Part shown: piece by piece, positions 30,723-32,265 of the stretch
How positions within the stretch are numbered: position 1 is the first letter of the stretch
Layout of the letters: each line of letters opens with the position of its first letter
DNA from: Ministeria vibrans ATCC 50519
Lineage: Eukaryota > Protista > Filasterea
Reading direction: 5' to 3'
Length of the DNA: 32,265 nucleotides
Assembly (NCBI GenBank): GCA_943704425.1
Contig: CALSCP010002371.1
Span: 82,736-115,000 of the forward strand
Notes under the pieces: model-generated
What the model was told of the DNA's origin: nothing
The model's input: only the letters and a program-made list of their open reading frames with translations
The model's database searches: none
Made by a program: the position numbers and the translations under genes

Positions 30723-32000
30723 AGTCAGGCTCAATCGACAGCCTCTGTACAGTAAAACAAGACTACCCTATGATTATTTTTGGATGTTGCAAGTCAATGG
30801 CTTGCCATCGTGGGTGAAAGTGACGGAGCCGGTGTTGCCGTAGTAATGCAGAACCCAAAGATGGATGTACACGGAGGGCAACGGCCTGAATGGCGGGGAC
30901 TTCGCGGCGACAACACAAGGGTCGGCGATGCAGATGGTGGCCCTCTAATGAAGCGGAGGAAATGGCAAATTTCGACCTGGTGGGCAGCTTGTCTTAGAAA
31001 AGTCCAAATTTCCGTGGAGTGGAACGCATTTGATAGGGAGTCCGAGGCACTCCGTGAGAAATCGTCGCGCCCGTCTTCGTGCGCCGAAAAACCAAAACAA
31101 CAACAAACTGAAACAATTTCTCGACCAATTTGCTCTGTCCAACATCCAAATCAATATTGTCTTTCCACACCAACACACATGCCTCCTCCAGACTCCTCTG
31201 GAAGACCTCAATTTTGACAAAACCAGAAGGCGCCTAGCTGAATATTGCACTGAGTCCCCAGCCCTTGCTCTTCTTTTTCTCGTATTCGCAATTCAGCTCT
31301 CGATTCTCGATATTCTAAAATCTTTTCGTTTGTGATTTATAATCACTGGAAATGTCTTCTTCTTCTTCTATATATTTTCTTTTGTCCTTCTTAGAAGCTT
31401 CTCTTTTAGAGCTGAAAGATGCGCTGGCAAACCTGCAGATGCATGATGAGTTCAGTTCGTGGACCAACAGCACCGATGTGTCCCACTGGAGTCCCACTAA
31501 TGCGCGACTCAGATTAAATATTATTGTATTATTAGATAGTTCTGTAGTTTAGCTCTGTTCTTTTCTCAGAACTGGAGTCAATGAGAATTCTCCAGAAATT
31601 CGAATCTAGGGAAAAATTTTAGTGTAATGAGATGTAAAGATTGAAGATCGAAAAATTACCACACACGCGTTTGTTTACTTCTGTTCGCGGTTTTCAGAAC
31701 TACCTGACCAGAATCAGCGTCTCAAGCACTGAGAGCAGTGAGAACCTGTCTTTTTAACTATGGTGCAGGGATGCCAAGGGCTCGGGCGTGAGGAAACTTG
31801 TCTACCTAGGGTTCACCTAGGGTATATTCAAGAATTTTCTTGATCTCAAACTTGATTCGTTCAAAGTCAACAAAGGCACCAACTTCTACCTCCGGGCGAA
31901 GTCTCAAAGTGCTACAGGCGTTCGTGTCCGGGCCTACATTAATCATTGTTGTAGATCTGGTGACTGTATCATATAAATGGGTTGTATTCTTCTTCTAATT

Positions 32001-32265
32001 ATAGTAGACCCCCATCTGCCAGCATGGGTGCACGACCGTCGTGTACCCTCCCTCCCGCCCCCGCATACCCCGTTTCTACCGCCCTTCGCAACATCAACGG
32101 GGGGCTTGCACGCCAACCAACGGCCACTCTCCTCCCTTGAGCTGACGAAGGCCGTCGAGCCGATAGAGGTGAAGATGGCGCTGCAGAAGTTGCACAATGA
32201 CAAAGCGCCAGGTGACGACAACGTGCCCATCGAGCTGTTCAAGTACGGTGGCGAGCCAGTCCGCG
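32001..32265 (+). mobile_element. Non-LTR retrotransposon (LINE, RTE-like) ORF2 fragment, runs off the right edge
   Basis: Open frame encodes EVKMALQKLHNDKAPGDDNVPIELFKYGGEPV, the KAPGxDx+PxELxK.GG motif at the start of LINE RT domains; GC content rises abruptly near 32005. Confidence 0.85.

Noticed and set aside
30780-31560. Several short ORFs on both strands after UTP11
   Set aside because: No consistent splice model or recognisable motif; may be a decayed gene or TE but cannot be supported.
31803-31823. Telomere-like TAGGG motifs
   Set aside because: Only two non-tandem copies; not a telomeric array.

Overview
Compact, intron-containing eukaryotic DNA, not prokaryotic: GC-rich exons, mostly 50-150 nt canonical GT-AG introns, AT-rich spacers and microsatellites. 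It is most consistent with a flagellated unicellular opisthokont/holozoan (inference from BBS10 and animal-type RABGGTA, GPATCH8 and JARID2 features); the taxon is not established. I reconstructed about 16 genes by hand-splicing: myosin first exon, a tandem-CWCH2 (Zic/Gli/PacC-type) zinc-finger factor, an SLC35F-like transporter, a membrane-anchored JmjC hydroxylase, a DUF268 methyltransferase-like protein, GPATCH8, RABGGTA, BBS10, RAB5IF, SF3B1, TMEM222, a JARID2-like pseudo-demethylase, BCS1-like ATPase, an orphan acidic protein, Hikeshi and UTP11, plus a LINE RT fragment at the right edge. The most notable item is a ~1424-aa protein with a JARID2-type N-terminus (basic exon 1 plus UIM), a JARID2-type ARID, a catalytically dead but KDM5-like JmjC, and an added IPT/TIG-like tail, i.e. 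a candidate proto-JARID2 / pre-animal PRC2.2 component. Family assignments rest on motifs recalled from memory; no searches were run.
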